The position numbers and the translations under genes were made by a program. Under the pieces are notes generated by a model, which was given only the letters and a program-made list of their open reading frames with translations, did no database searches and had not been told where the DNA came from. From Bdellovibrionota bacterium (lineage in GTDB: Bacteria; Bdellovibrionota_G; JALEGL01; JAGRMV01): a DNA stretch of 64,000 nucleotides. The stretch covers positions 39,650 through 103,649 of the forward strand of contig JAWKOB010000003.1 of the NCBI GenBank assembly GCA_041391405.1, read 5' to 3'. Below are positions 1 through 9,959 of the stretch, one piece after another. Position 1 is the first letter of the stretch. Every line of letters begins with the position of its first letter.

Positions 1-2
1 GA

Positions 3-239
3 TACATCGAAAGAAACCCCGTGGTTGCTAAAATGGTTAGCCATCCATGCGATTACCCCTGGAGTAGCGCGCATGTTCATACAACCCAAAAACCTGATGA
101 TTTGGTCAGATCCCCACATCTTTACAAATTGGTAGATGATTGGAAAATCTTCATTGAACAGCCAACGGTTAAAGAAATGGTTCATGCGCTCGAACTTGAA
201 GAAAAAATGCTCGCTAGTGGAAAAACATTATCAATTTAA
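3..239 (+). CDS. Y1 (IS200/IS605-family, RayT/REP-associated type) transposase, C-terminal fragment cut by window edge
   Basis: The frame is open from nt 3: YIERNPVVAKMVSHPCDYPWSSAHVH... This is the conserved C-terminal 'NPV..A..V....YPWSS' block of Y1_Tnp/RayT proteins. The catalytic N-terminus lies outside the window. Confidence 0.6.
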   Translation, partial: YIERNPVVAKMVSHPCDYPWSSAHVHTTQKPDDLVRSPHLYKLVDDWKIFIEQPTVKEMVHALELEEKMLASGKTLSI

Positions 240-306
240 GGACTTCCATCCTGGGACTTGGTGACTGTCACCGGGGGACAGGACGAACCATGCAATAATT
301 TCAGGG

Positions 307-1653
307 TTAGGCGGTGGCGAAGAGATCGTATTCGAGGGATTTGTTGATTTTGACGTCGACAAAGGTGCCGGGCATTAGATTTTCACCAGTGACAAAAACA
401 TTTCCATCGATTTCCATCGCCTGCCCCTCAGAGCGAGCTACGAACAGATTCTTTTCTTTGGTCGCGTTGTCGATGAGCACACGCATGGTCTGTCCCACAG
501 CTTGAGCGTTGCGACGATTGGAGATCTCTTGCTGAAGCAGCATGATTTCCTCTTGGCGCTGTTTTTTTACCTTGTCCGAGATTTGGTTCGGCATGGTCGC
601 GGCCTTGGTTCCTTCTTCTTGTGAATAGGTAAATACGCCCAAACGATCGAATTCCATTTCGCGTACGAAATCTTTGAGTTTTTCAAACTGAGCTTGCGTT
701 TCACCTGGGAACCCTACGATCAAGGAAGTACGAAGTGTGATTCCAGGAATCATCTGCCGAAGTTTTTTCACCAGCGTACGAACTTCATTTTCATCGGTTT
801 TGCGATCCATCGACAAAAGCAAATCAGAATCGATATGCTGAAGCGGCATGTCCACATAATTGCAGATCACTTTGGAATCACGGATGAGTTCGATCAACGA
901 ATCGGTGAAATACATCGGATAGTTGTACATCAAACGAATCCATTCGATGCCTTCCACTTTCACCATTTCACGTAAAAGTTTTTCAAGCGTTGTGCCGTCT
1001 TCACGATCCAGTCCGTATGCGGTCAGATCTTGCGCGATGAGATTGAATTCTTTGGTTCCTTTGGCTACGAGATTTTTCACCTCAGCGACGATCGAATCGA
1101 TCGCACGACTGCGGCTATCTCCACGAAGACGCGGAATGATGCAGAAACTGCAGGTACGAGAGCAGCCTTCGGCGATTTTCACATAGGACGTGTGCGGAGG
1201 TAGGGTTGAAATTCTCGGTGTAAGCTCATCATATACATAGAGAGGTTTGGCGACTTTGGAACGCGCCATGGGAAGTTCCATCGTGTTGTTTGGCGTTTGA
1301 CGGACAAATTCGGTGATGTTTTGGAATTCGCCGGTTCCGACAAAGTGATCCACTTCCGGAAGTTCACGTTCAAGTTTGGCTTTGTAACGTTGCGCGAGAC
1401 AACCTGTAACGACGAGTTTTTTAAGCTTCCCGGTTTTTTTAAGCTCCGCCACTTCAAGAATGGTATCGACGGATTCTTTTTTCGAGTCTTCGATGAACGC
1501 ACAGGTGTTGACGATCATGACATCGGCGCTGTCTTGATCGTTGGTGATCTCGTATTGATCCTTGGACAAAAGCCCAAGCATGACTTCGGTGTCCACAAGG
1601 TTCTTGGGACAGCCCAAACTGATCATTCCGATTTTGGTTTTCTCCTGTTTCAT
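307..1653 (-). CDS. rimO: ribosomal protein S12 methylthiotransferase RimO
   Basis: 448 aa. MTTase N-domain (KIGMISLGCPKNLVD), radical-SAM CSRTCSFC, C-terminal TRAM domain. Confidence 0.9.
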   Translation of the reverse strand: MKQEKTKIGMISLGCPKNLVDTEVMLGLLSKDQYEITNDQDSADVMIVNTCAFIEDSKKESVDTILEVAELKKTGKLKKLVVTGCLAQRYKAKLERELPEVDHFVGTGEFQNITEFVRQTPNNTMELPMARSKVAKPLYVYDELTPRISTLPPHTSYVKIAEGCSRTCSFCIIPRLRGDSRSRAIDSIVAEVKNLVAKGTKEFNLIAQDLTAYGLDREDGTTLEKLLREMVKVEGIEWIRLMYNYPMYFTDSLIELIRDSKVICNYVDMPLQHIDSDLLLSMDRKTDENEVRTLVKKLRQMIPGITLRTSLIVGFPGETQAQFEKLKDFVREMEFDRLGVFTYSQEEGTKAATMPNQISDKVKKQRQEEIMLLQQEISNRRNAQAVGQTMRVLIDNATKEKNLFVARSEGQAMEIDGNVFVTGENLMPGTFVDVKINKSLEYDLFATA

Positions 1654-1715
1654 CGTCGGGCGGGTATAGGGGATTTATGCTCTTTTTTCAAGTCGTTGAG
1701 GCAATTAAATAATAA

Positions 1716-2360
1716 TTACAATGAGTTACTTGTAACCACCGGCGTGCCTTTGGGCAGCTTTACATCGAAGGCCTTGGCCGAAATCGACGGATTGATTTTC
1801 ATGCGATCGAATTGAATTTGGTTTTTAGAATCGAGCATATCTTTGGTGGTGGATGAAACTAACGTCACCTGAGGTTTCCAAACAAAGGTCAGTTCCAACT
1901 CTTTGAATTCCATTTCGCTTTTGGGTTTGCAAAAAAGCTTCACTTCACGTTGACCGGATGCATTTTTTCCATCCGATACAATTTCCACATTGAAAAAATC
2001 CGTCAGATTGGATTGACCCATCAAAAATGAAAGTCCGGCGGGAAGTTTTCCATCTTTGGGTTGTGGGGAAACAAGCGCTTGTTTTTCTTCTGGATCGTAA
2101 AGCGTGATGATCTCACCATTGGCGGCAAAAACTTTTCCTTTCGGATCGGAATAATTCCAGATCATTTTCCCGGGGCGCTGAATGGTGAGCTTTCCACTGG
2201 ATTTTTTTTCTCCGAAACGAATTGAACTCACAGTTTGTGTGAAATTGGTTTCAAGTGTTTGGATGTTTCGGAATGCCGATTGAACTTCCTTCACCACCGC
2301 TGGCGCTTCTGAAGCATGAGCACTGAAGGATAAAATTAAAATTGAAAAAATGATTTTCAT
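1716..2360 (-). CDS. lolA: outer-membrane lipoprotein carrier LolA
   Basis: Signal peptide MKIIFSILILSFSAHA and a LolA-like body (SGKLTIQRPGKMIWNY). AAGGA lies just upstream of the ATG at 2360; the ORF is open to 2387. Sits in ftsK-lolA synteny. Confidence 0.8.
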   Translation of the reverse strand: MKIIFSILILSFSAHASEAPAVVKEVQSAFRNIQTLETNFTQTVSSIRFGEKKSSGKLTIQRPGKMIWNYSDPKGKVFAANGEIITLYDPEEKQALVSPQPKDGKLPAGLSFLMGQSNLTDFFNVEIVSDGKNASGQREVKLFCKPKSEMEFKELELTFVWKPQVTLVSSTTKDMLDSKNQIQFDRMKINPSISAKAFDVKLPKGTPVVTSNSL

Positions 2361-2410
2361 ACGATCCTTTTCGATTGTTTCATGCATGTCGGGGGACGAC
2401 CCGACACAAA

Positions 2411-4840
2411 CTACAGTGGCATTTTGCCTGTGAGAATTTCCCGCGGCTTTCCATGTTCACCCGGCGCCAGCAAGCCTTCTTCATCCATGCGCTCCACCAA
2501 GCGGGCTGCGCGGTTGTATCCGATGCGCAAGCGACGTTGAATGTAGGAAATCGAAGCGATTTTCCGCTCCACAACGACTTCAAGCGCCTTGCGATACAAA
2601 TCGTCCTCTTCGTCGAAATCTCCACCAAGGGAAATGCCATCGTCGTCGCTTTCTCGAACAGCCAGAATTTCTTCACGATATTCCGGATCGCCTTGAGCTT
2701 TCCAAAAATTGGTGACTTTTTCGACTTCCTGATCGGAAACGAAGGCACCATGAAGACGTGTGATGCGCGCCGATCCTGGCGGCATGAACAACATGTCACC
2801 TGCACCCAACAATACTTCTGCACCGTTGGTATCCAAAATCGTACGTGAGTCGATCTTGCTCGCCACTTTGAATGAAATTCTGGACGGCATGTTCGCTTTG
2901 ATCACACCGGTCAAAACATCCACTGATGGACGTTGCGTTCCAAGCACGAGGTGAATTCCGGATGCACGCGCCATTTGAGCCAAGCGAATGATGGAATCTT
3001 CCACTTCGCGACTGGATACCATCATTAAATCGGCCAACTCGTCGATCACGATCATCAGGTATGGAATTTTACCTTCATGTTTTTCAATTTTGGTATCGCC
3101 ATCGATCGGCAAAGATTCCTGTGCTGGCGCAGGATTATCTTTCATATGTTGCAAAACTTTTGCGTTGTAGCCTTCCAAATTTCGAACACCCAAATTCGCC
3201 ATCAACCGATAACGACGTTCCATTTCCTGGGTTGCCCAACGAAGCGCGGCAGCAGCTTTGCGTGGATCGGTCACTACTGGAAGAAGCAAGTGCGGAATTC
3301 CATCATACATCGAAAGTTCGAGCATTTTTGGATCCACCAGAATCATGCGAACTTCGTCTGGCGTAGACTTGTAAAGCACGGATAAAATCATGCTGTTGAT
3401 CGCCACCGATTTACCCGATCCGGTGGCACCGGCCACAAGCAAGTGCGGCATCTTGCGAAGATCACCCGTGAATGCGTTTCCGGAAATGTCCTTGCCAATC
3501 GCAAACGCGAGTTTGGAACTGTTTTCTTCGAACACATCATTGGAAATGATGTCTTTCAAATACACGATCTGACGATTGCGGTTGGCCACCTCGATCCCGA
3601 TCACGGATTTACCTGGAATCAGCGAGATACGAACGGACAAGGCCGCCAGGGCCATGGTGAGATCATCGTTCAAACGCGTGATCTGATTCACTTTCACACC
3701 CGAAGCGGGTTCGAACTCATACATGGTGACCACAGGACCCGGCTGAACTTCCACAACTTTTCCATCCACACCGAAATCTCGGAGTTTTTGCTCGAGGATG
3801 TTAGCGTTTTCCAACAATTCGTCACGATTGATTTCAAGTTCCTGATTTTCAGGTGCGCTCAAAAGTTCCGCCGTTGGGAGTTTATAATTGGAGGTTTTTT
3901 TCTCTTTGGTGTTTTCGGCCACGCCCTGTTCACGATCAGGCAACGCAGGCACTGTACTCGCTGGCTTTGTCGGCTGAAGCACGATCGGTGGACCGTCGAT
4001 GTTGTCGATGCGGGTAGGTTTCGGCTCTTCCTTCACCAATTCGAGTTTTTTCTCGATCGGTTTTTTTTCATCGATGGAAATTTTGGGTTTGGCGACTTGT
4101 TTGATCGGAATGACATTCGCATTGTCGATATCCTTTTTAATTTCTTTCATGCCACTTTCGAGATTTTTCTCTTCTTTGCGAATGGCTTCCTGCGCATGTT
4201 CATAGGCTTCGGCGATTTTATCTTTGCCCTTGATCGCGGCATTTTTTCCGAATTGTGCCAGCCAAGCAGAGAAATGAGAGAAGGCGATCATGAAATCTTT
4301 CACGCCCCAACCAAACACCATGGAAATGGATGTAAGTCCAAAGCAGCTCCAAAGAAGAATCGTTCCTGTCATTCCCATGTATTTGATGGAAGTGAGTTTT
4401 GCATAATATCCAGCGAATCCACCCCACAGTGGAAGCGATTCACCGGTATTGGCCAACGACAATCCCAAGCTTGTGAACACCAACAAAAGAACGAATCCTG
4501 CGATTTTGAAAAGATTGGCCTGCCAGGTTTTTTTGAAAACCAGCGATCGCACGATCTCGATCATAGCGATCGGGAAAAGATAGGAGGCGTATCCAAAAAC
4601 TTGCATCATGAAATCTGCCAGATAGCTTCCGACGATTCCTCCGTAATTTCCGATGGAATAATCGTTGCTGAGAATTTTCGTGTTCAGGGACGGATCCTTC
4701 GGATCGTAGCTGATCAGGCAGATGAACAGAAATACAGCAAAGGACAGGCACACAAACCCCAAAAAATCCTTCAGGGGGTGCCAGGCGTCAGAACCATTTG
4801 ATTTTGCAGATACTTTTTTGTTTTTTTTATCGGACAACAT
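2411..4840 (-). CDS. ftsK: DNA translocase FtsK
   Basis: 809 aa. N-terminal TM segments, a Lys/Pro-rich linker, a motor domain with Walker A GATGSGKS, and a C-terminal gamma winged helix (SISYIQRRLRIGYNRAARLVERM). Confidence 0.95.
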   Translation of the reverse strand: MLSDKKNKKVSAKSNGSDAWHPLKDFLGFVCLSFAVFLFICLISYDPKDPSLNTKILSNDYSIGNYGGIVGSYLADFMMQVFGYASYLFPIAMIEIVRSLVFKKTWQANLFKIAGFVLLLVFTSLGLSLANTGESLPLWGGFAGYYAKLTSIKYMGMTGTILLWSCFGLTSISMVFGWGVKDFMIAFSHFSAWLAQFGKNAAIKGKDKIAEAYEHAQEAIRKEEKNLESGMKEIKKDIDNANVIPIKQVAKPKISIDEKKPIEKKLELVKEEPKPTRIDNIDGPPIVLQPTKPASTVPALPDREQGVAENTKEKKTSNYKLPTAELLSAPENQELEINRDELLENANILEQKLRDFGVDGKVVEVQPGPVVTMYEFEPASGVKVNQITRLNDDLTMALAALSVRISLIPGKSVIGIEVANRNRQIVYLKDIISNDVFEENSSKLAFAIGKDISGNAFTGDLRKMPHLLVAGATGSGKSVAINSMILSVLYKSTPDEVRMILVDPKMLELSMYDGIPHLLLPVVTDPRKAAAALRWATQEMERRYRLMANLGVRNLEGYNAKVLQHMKDNPAPAQESLPIDGDTKIEKHEGKIPYLMIVIDELADLMMVSSREVEDSIIRLAQMARASGIHLVLGTQRPSVDVLTGVIKANMPSRISFKVASKIDSRTILDTNGAEVLLGAGDMLFMPPGSARITRLHGAFVSDQEVEKVTNFWKAQGDPEYREEILAVRESDDDGISLGGDFDEEDDLYRKALEVVVERKIASISYIQRRLRIGYNRAARLVERMDEEGLLAPGEHGKPREILTGKMPL

Positions 4841-4921
4841 ATAGATTAGGACTTTAGTATACCTGGGACGACAAGCTGCGCAAGCGATAATGCATGGTGA
4901 CGACCTAGGGTTTGAATGGAA

Positions 4922-6580
4922 TTAAACCGTTAAAATATATGGGAAAATAACCGGGCGCCGGTTGAATTCATCACGACTGGTTTTGTTGATGATTTTTCTG
5001 ATTTCTTCCTCGATCGTTTCAAAGTCTTCCTTCAAAACATCCACATTTTGCAAATGCTTGTCGATTTGTCCCTGAAGTCGATTGATGAAAGGTTCGCGTT
5101 GGCTTTCGACGACGAATCCGTAATCCTGAATGATCGGCTCGTAGAGCATCTCGCCACTTTTACGATCGAATACACACATCACGATCATAATGCCACGTTC
5201 GGACATTTTTTTTCGATCTTTGAGATACTGAGAAGCCAATTCTACCAAATATGGCGCATCGACCAACTTCGGAGAAAGCTCGATGGGCTCCAGGAAAACG
5301 GCGCGACCGTCGACAAACTCCACGCGGTGTCCATTTTCCATCATCAAAATGTTTTTCTTGGATACACCCTCTTCCAAACCGAGCTTTCTGTGGTTGATGA
5401 GCATTTTGATCTCACCATGCACGGGCATTAGATATTTGGGTTTGCACGTTTGCAAAACTTTTCGCAGATCTTCTTTGTAAGCATGCCCGGAGACGTGAAC
5501 ACGCGCCTCGGCTGAAGTAATCACCTCCGCACCGGCACGGTATAGATGATTGATCAAATGATAAATGGATCGCTCATGCCCAGGAATAGCGCGGGATGAA
5601 AATACGACGCGATCTCCTTCTTTGAGTTTCAAATTTTTGAATTCTCCAAGCGCCAATTTTTGGAGAGCCGCTCTGGGCTCGGCTTGTGAACCCGTCACCA
5701 AAAGCACAACCTTATTGCGTGGAAGTCTCAGCGCCTCATCTTCATCAATCAACAAAGCATCGGAAATATTCAGATAGCCGAGGCGTCGTGCGATATCGAT
5801 GTTGGTTTTCATCGATCGACCCACGGCATGGACTTTTTTCCCCATTTCCTTGGCAAGCCGGAAAATTTCCGTAACGCGCGGAATATGAGACGAGAACGTG
5901 GTGATCACAAACCAACCTTGCGCATCTTTCATCAGATTATGAATCGGTTCCAACAGGTCTTTTTCAGATTTGCTCGGACCAGGAATCTCCACGTTGGTGG
6001 AATCGGCACAAAGAAGGAAAATACCTTTCTCTTTTTGAATTTCCGCCATGCGCGCCAGATCTGTTTTTTTTCCATCCGGCGAATGATCGTCGATTTTAAA
6101 ATCTCCTGTGTGAATCACAACACCTTGAGGCGTATCGATCGCAAGCGCATACGCATCCGGAATCGAGTGCGCCACCTCGATCCACTCAAACGTGAACGGT
6201 TCAACCGTGACCTTGGTGCCGCGTTTAACCAAATGAAGTTTTGCTTTGTTCAGAAGTCCGAACTCTTCGAGCTTTTTTTTGACCAACTCCAACGTGAAGG
6301 CTGAGCCATAGATCGGAATATTCTTTTTAAGAAGAATGTAAGGAACTGCGCCGATATGATCTTCATGACCGTGCGTGAGAATGATGGCTTTGAAATCGAC
6401 ATCGGGCTGAAGCAGATAGCTGAAATCGGGAACGATCACATCTAGTCCCGGATTTCGACCATCGGAGAACATTGTACCGGCATCCACCAATACAGCCGTC
6501 TTGCCCGATTGAAAAATCATGGCGTTCATTCCGAACTCGCCAAGACCTCCAAGTGGCATCATTTTCAAGTTTTTCGACAT
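4922..6580 (-). CDS. rnj: ribonuclease J
   Basis: 552 aa. Metallo-beta-lactamase motif THGHEDHIGA, beta-CASP region and an RNase J-type C-terminal domain. Confidence 0.9.
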   Translation of the reverse strand: MSKNLKMMPLGGLGEFGMNAMIFQSGKTAVLVDAGTMFSDGRNPGLDVIVPDFSYLLQPDVDFKAIILTHGHEDHIGAVPYILLKKNIPIYGSAFTLELVKKKLEEFGLLNKAKLHLVKRGTKVTVEPFTFEWIEVAHSIPDAYALAIDTPQGVVIHTGDFKIDDHSPDGKKTDLARMAEIQKEKGIFLLCADSTNVEIPGPSKSEKDLLEPIHNLMKDAQGWFVITTFSSHIPRVTEIFRLAKEMGKKVHAVGRSMKTNIDIARRLGYLNISDALLIDEDEALRLPRNKVVLLVTGSQAEPRAALQKLALGEFKNLKLKEGDRVVFSSRAIPGHERSIYHLINHLYRAGAEVITSAEARVHVSGHAYKEDLRKVLQTCKPKYLMPVHGEIKMLINHRKLGLEEGVSKKNILMMENGHRVEFVDGRAVFLEPIELSPKLVDAPYLVELASQYLKDRKKMSERGIMIVMCVFDRKSGEMLYEPIIQDYGFVVESQREPFINRLQGQIDKHLQNVDVLKEDFETIEEEIRKIINKTSRDEFNRRPVIFPYILTV

Positions 6581-6593
6581 CTATACTTCTTGA

Positions 6594-7301
6594 TTAATCA
6601 ATCGACTCTACAGCAAATCCATCCGTAGGGATATTCAATTGAAATGCTTCGTTGGCCACCGGCTCATTCACCGTCAGATCGTCGTAGGTGATACTGATCG
6701 ATTGATATTCATAGCTTAAACGAACACTTTTTGGATAATCCATCTTGCGGTTCCATGGCTGACCGTATTCAACCAGAAATCCTGCATGGCGCTCCACTTT
6801 GGTGAGCCATTGATTCGCATCATAATAAAATTTTGTCTTTTCAGTGTCCGTCACGACGTAGCCGTCGCTTGTCATCTGAACTTTTGGCTTGGCTGTATCC
6901 ATTTCCATTGGAATTTTTCGCAAAATCGGGTCGAACAACTCTTGAAAAGAAACATTGATCCTCATCAAACGCGTGAGGGTGGAAGAGCTGCTGCCCAAAT
7001 ACATCTTCTTGTCTCCTGGAAACACAACGGTCAATCGATCATCGAAAAGGGAAGCATATCCTTGTGGTATGCCAAATCCATAGGTTTCCACGAACATATA
7101 CCCATCTTTGTTCATCATGATTCCGGCTTTGAATCTGTAGGTTTTGTCTTTGGTTTTCACTTCGATGCGTGCTTTCCCCTTGAGGGTTTGAATTTTTGGA
7201 TTGTGAGCCTGCACTTGGCGGATAAAATCATCTTGATTTGAAATCGATGCCGGTTGCATTTTTTGAACAGGTGCGGCGCAAGCCACCAACACGATGAGCA
7301 T
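6594..7301 (-). CDS. LolB/DUF4292-like outer-membrane lipoprotein
   Basis: Lipoprotein signal MLIVLVACAAP from the ATG at 7301, just after the upstream stop; the longer ORF to 7430 overlaps the TPR gene. The body resembles LolB/DUF4292 half-barrels. Assignment by pattern only. Confidence 0.5.
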   Translation of the reverse strand: MLIVLVACAAPVQKMQPASISNQDDFIRQVQAHNPKIQTLKGKARIEVKTKDKTYRFKAGIMMNKDGYMFVETYGFGIPQGYASLFDDRLTVVFPGDKKMYLGSSSSTLTRLMRINVSFQELFDPILRKIPMEMDTAKPKVQMTSDGYVVTDTEKTKFYYDANQWLTKVERHAGFLVEYGQPWNRKMDYPKSVRLSYEYQSISITYDDLTVNEPVANEAFQLNIPTDGFAVESID

Positions 7302-7305
7302 CAAA

Positions 7306-9036
7306 CTAGTGAGATAATTTTTTAATTTTGTTTTCAAGTTCGCCTCTTTTCTCTGGATCTTCGCTGTTTTCAAGCGATTTTTTGTAACTTTCGATAGCTT
7401 CTTTCTTCTTTCCTTGCGCCGCCAACACATCTCCCAAATGGTCGAGAATCACCGGCTCTTCCGGAATCTGCACCAGGGCTTTGCGGATATATTCCTCAGC
7501 TTTTTTGTAATCTTTCTTTTTGAAATACAACCAACCCAAACTGTCCAGAATAAACCCATCATTGGGTTTGAGTTTAACAGCCTTCAAAATCATATCCTCA
7601 GCTTCATTCAATTTAATATTGCGGTCTGCATAGCTGTATCCAAGAAAATTGAGCGCGTTGGGATTGTTCGGGTTCAGCGCGAGCAATGTACGAAGGGATT
7701 TCTCCACGGCATCATACTCTTTTCTTTTTTCATGAATCTCAGCCAATGAAAGATAATATCGCTCTTCTTTCGGTGAACTTCTGATTCCATCATCCAATAT
7801 TTTTTTGGCGTCATCGAAATTCTTCTTGCGAATCAGATTGCTGGCCAAGCCGACACGAAGATCGACAGATTCTGGTTTTCTCTGCAAAGCTTTGCGAAGA
7901 ACGGTTTCGCTTTTCTGTCTGTTTCCCAATTCCTCATATAGAGAACTCAAGGCAAGTTGGGAAACTGGATAAATCTCTGAATCGACTGAAACACGCGTGA
8001 AATTTTTCTCGGCCAGTTCTTTTTTCTTCAACTGATACTGGGTCAACCCCAAATAATAATAAAGTTCAGTGTTGCTTTTGAATTTTCGAAGCGTTTCAGC
8101 GAATTCAGCCTCGGCCTGCGGAAACATCTTTTCCTGAAAATAAAAAAGTCCCAGACGAACCGATACATCCGGTACATTTGGATACATCTGCTTGATGAAC
8201 GCGATTTGTTCGATTGCGCGCTGAGAATCTCCTTCCTTCATGTACATGTCGATCAATTTGGTTCTTACATCGATATTGAGCGTTTCAAGCGCCACAACTT
8301 GCTCATAGGCCTGAATCGCATTTTTATTTTCATTCAAATATTCATAGATAAGGCCCAGCGCGCGCCATCCAAGCGAAAATCGAGGATCGATCTCCACCGA
8401 TTTCTTATAGACACCGATGGCCTCTTTCATTTGATTTTTTTCGGAATAAACCCTTCCCAAATAATAATAGGAGATCAAATGCTCCGGATTTTCTCGAATG
8501 ATTTGTTTGAGAAGCTCTTCCGCACGAACCAATTCACCTTTTTCCAAATACAAAGACGCAAGAATGAAGCTGACCTCTGCACGGCGTTCATCGTCATTCT
8601 TGATTTCAGGAAGATCCAAAATCTTCAAAAAAACTGCTTTGCTTTGCTCAAACTCCCCGCGTACTGCCAATATTCGTGCACGCAAAAACAGAGCTTCAAA
8701 ATTCGCTGGCTCCGCGACCAAAACCTCGTCGATCAATCGCAAAGCATCGACCACATTATCGTTCTTGGCATACTGATAAGACAAACGAATTTTCAAATAT
8801 GAAGATTGAGGATCGGCTTTGAGCGCTTCTTCGATCGATTTGGTTCCAGCTTCATCCAACTCATGAAGGAAATTGTACTCACCTTCAAGCACGTACTGGT
8901 ACGAAGGGTTGATTTTGGTTTGGCTGATTTTGACCGTTGGTATTTCCTGATAAGATGAAACCGGTGCTGGGTTTTTTTCAGCACATGCCACCACAAGCAG
9001 CATTGAAATCAGGCAGGCATTTCGTCGAGAAAACAT
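7306..9036 (-). CDS. TPR-repeat lipoprotein
   Basis: ORF open to a GTG at 9072. The ATG at 9036 gives the signal MFSRRNACLISMLLVVACA. More than 10 TPR-like 34-aa repeats throughout. Confidence 0.7.
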   Translation of the reverse strand: MFSRRNACLISMLLVVACAEKNPAPVSSYQEIPTVKISQTKINPSYQYVLEGEYNFLHELDEAGTKSIEEALKADPQSSYLKIRLSYQYAKNDNVVDALRLIDEVLVAEPANFEALFLRARILAVRGEFEQSKAVFLKILDLPEIKNDDERRAEVSFILASLYLEKGELVRAEELLKQIIRENPEHLISYYYLGRVYSEKNQMKEAIGVYKKSVEIDPRFSLGWRALGLIYEYLNENKNAIQAYEQVVALETLNIDVRTKLIDMYMKEGDSQRAIEQIAFIKQMYPNVPDVSVRLGLFYFQEKMFPQAEAEFAETLRKFKSNTELYYYLGLTQYQLKKKELAEKNFTRVSVDSEIYPVSQLALSSLYEELGNRQKSETVLRKALQRKPESVDLRVGLASNLIRKKNFDDAKKILDDGIRSSPKEERYYLSLAEIHEKRKEYDAVEKSLRTLLALNPNNPNALNFLGYSYADRNIKLNEAEDMILKAVKLKPNDGFILDSLGWLYFKKKDYKKAEEYIRKALVQIPEEPVILDHLGDVLAAQGKKKEAIESYKKSLENSEDPEKRGELENKIKKLSH

Positions 9037-9077
9037 GGACGACACTCTATCGTATTTTTGAAAACGAATCACCTTTG

Positions 9078-9237
9078 AACCGGTCTGATTAATAACATTC
9101 GTGATGAGCCGCCAGCGAAAAACTCGAGGGCAAGGCCGCAGCGACCGAGCATGCTGTGGTTGTCCTGTAAGGGAGCGAGAACGCAGTCATCGAGTTTTAC
9201 AGCCAGGCGAATAGAATGTTATTAATCAGACCGGTTC
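9078..9237. repeat. 160-bp palindromic element with perfect 24-bp terminal inverted repeats (REPIN/MITE-like or structured RNA)
   Basis: GAACCGGTCTGATTAATAACATTC (9078-9101) is the exact reverse complement of 9214-9237. A subterminal 9-bp pairing (AAAACTCGA/TCGAGTTTT) extends the stem. The ~60-nt core is GC-rich and non-palindromic. Confidence 0.8.
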
Positions 9238-9957
9238 TATGCCGAATGATGCACGGAACAATGACACAGCTGAGATGGCAGCCGTGTCAGCTCTAAGAAC
9301 GTAAGGTGCGATGCGTACGAATTTGCATTTTTTTTCTCTGAAAAAATCCCTCTCTTGCGATGAAAAGCCGCCTTCTGGACCCACAAACAACGAAACGGAC
9401 TGGGGTCGATCCTGTTTCATCAAAGCGGTGAAAGGTTGGGTTTCCGTTTCATCCAAGACAACATTCCAATGATCTTTGTCCGAAGAAAACGGAACATCTG
9501 TCAGTTTTTTGAAAAATGACGCTTTTGGAAGAAATGGATTTCCACTTTGGCGCAAAGTCTCAATCAGGGTTTTGTGGGTTTTATCGAGAAAACTCTCGGA
9601 CTTCATCGCCACACTATGTTGAGAATTGAAAAATCCGATTTCATCAATCCCTAGTTCCGTTGCTTTTTGAGTCACAAACGAAAGCTTTTCACCTTTCAAA
9701 CATCCGATAAACAACCGAATCGACGGTTTGATCGGCTCGAAACTGCGGACATTGAGTACATTGAGCACCGTCGATTTTTTGTCCACCGAGAGGATACTAG
9801 CTTGGGCGATTTTTCCGTTTCCATCCAGAAGCTCAACAGGATCTCCGCTTTGCATGCGCAGCACCTTGGTCAAAATATGGTGAGAATCATCAAAGACAGT
9901 CACGTTGGATCCGACCGCAAAAGATGTAGGTTCAAATAGTCGAAAAATCTGGGACAT
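9226..9957 (-). CDS. rsmE: 16S rRNA (uracil1498-N3)-methyltransferase RsmE
   Basis: 243 aa. SPOUT/RsmE pattern: LFVGPEGGFSSQE and IAPYVLRADTAA. The last 3 codons and the stop lie inside the right arm of the 160-bp element. Confidence 0.85.
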   Translation of the reverse strand: MSQIFRLFEPTSFAVGSNVTVFDDSHHILTKVLRMQSGDPVELLDGNGKIAQASILSVDKKSTVLNVLNVRSFEPIKPSIRLFIGCLKGEKLSFVTQKATELGIDEIGFFNSQHSVAMKSESFLDKTHKTLIETLRQSGNPFLPKASFFKKLTDVPFSSDKDHWNVVLDETETQPFTALMKQDRPQSVSLFVGPEGGFSSQERDFFREKKCKFVRIAPYVLRADTAAISAVSLFRASFGIEPV

Positions 9958-9959
9958 CG

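Noticed and set aside
3443-4801. 452-aa ORF on the + strand, antisense to ftsK
   Set aside because: It lies entirely inside the strongly supported ftsK frame (Walker A, gamma domain). Its translation is low-complexity (Phe/Arg/His-rich) with no motif. This is a typical shadow ORF. The same applies to 1297..1815, 17947..18471, 19648..20139, 24814..25377, 27097..27711, 54671..55177 and 57597..58076.
9105-9221. 38-codon Arg/Cys-rich ORF (MSRQRKTRGQGRSDRACCGCPVRERERSHRVLQPGE) inside the 160-bp palindromic element
   Set aside because: It is on the strand opposite to the surrounding operon, has no RBS, and its composition simply reflects the GC-rich core. It is most likely non-coding.
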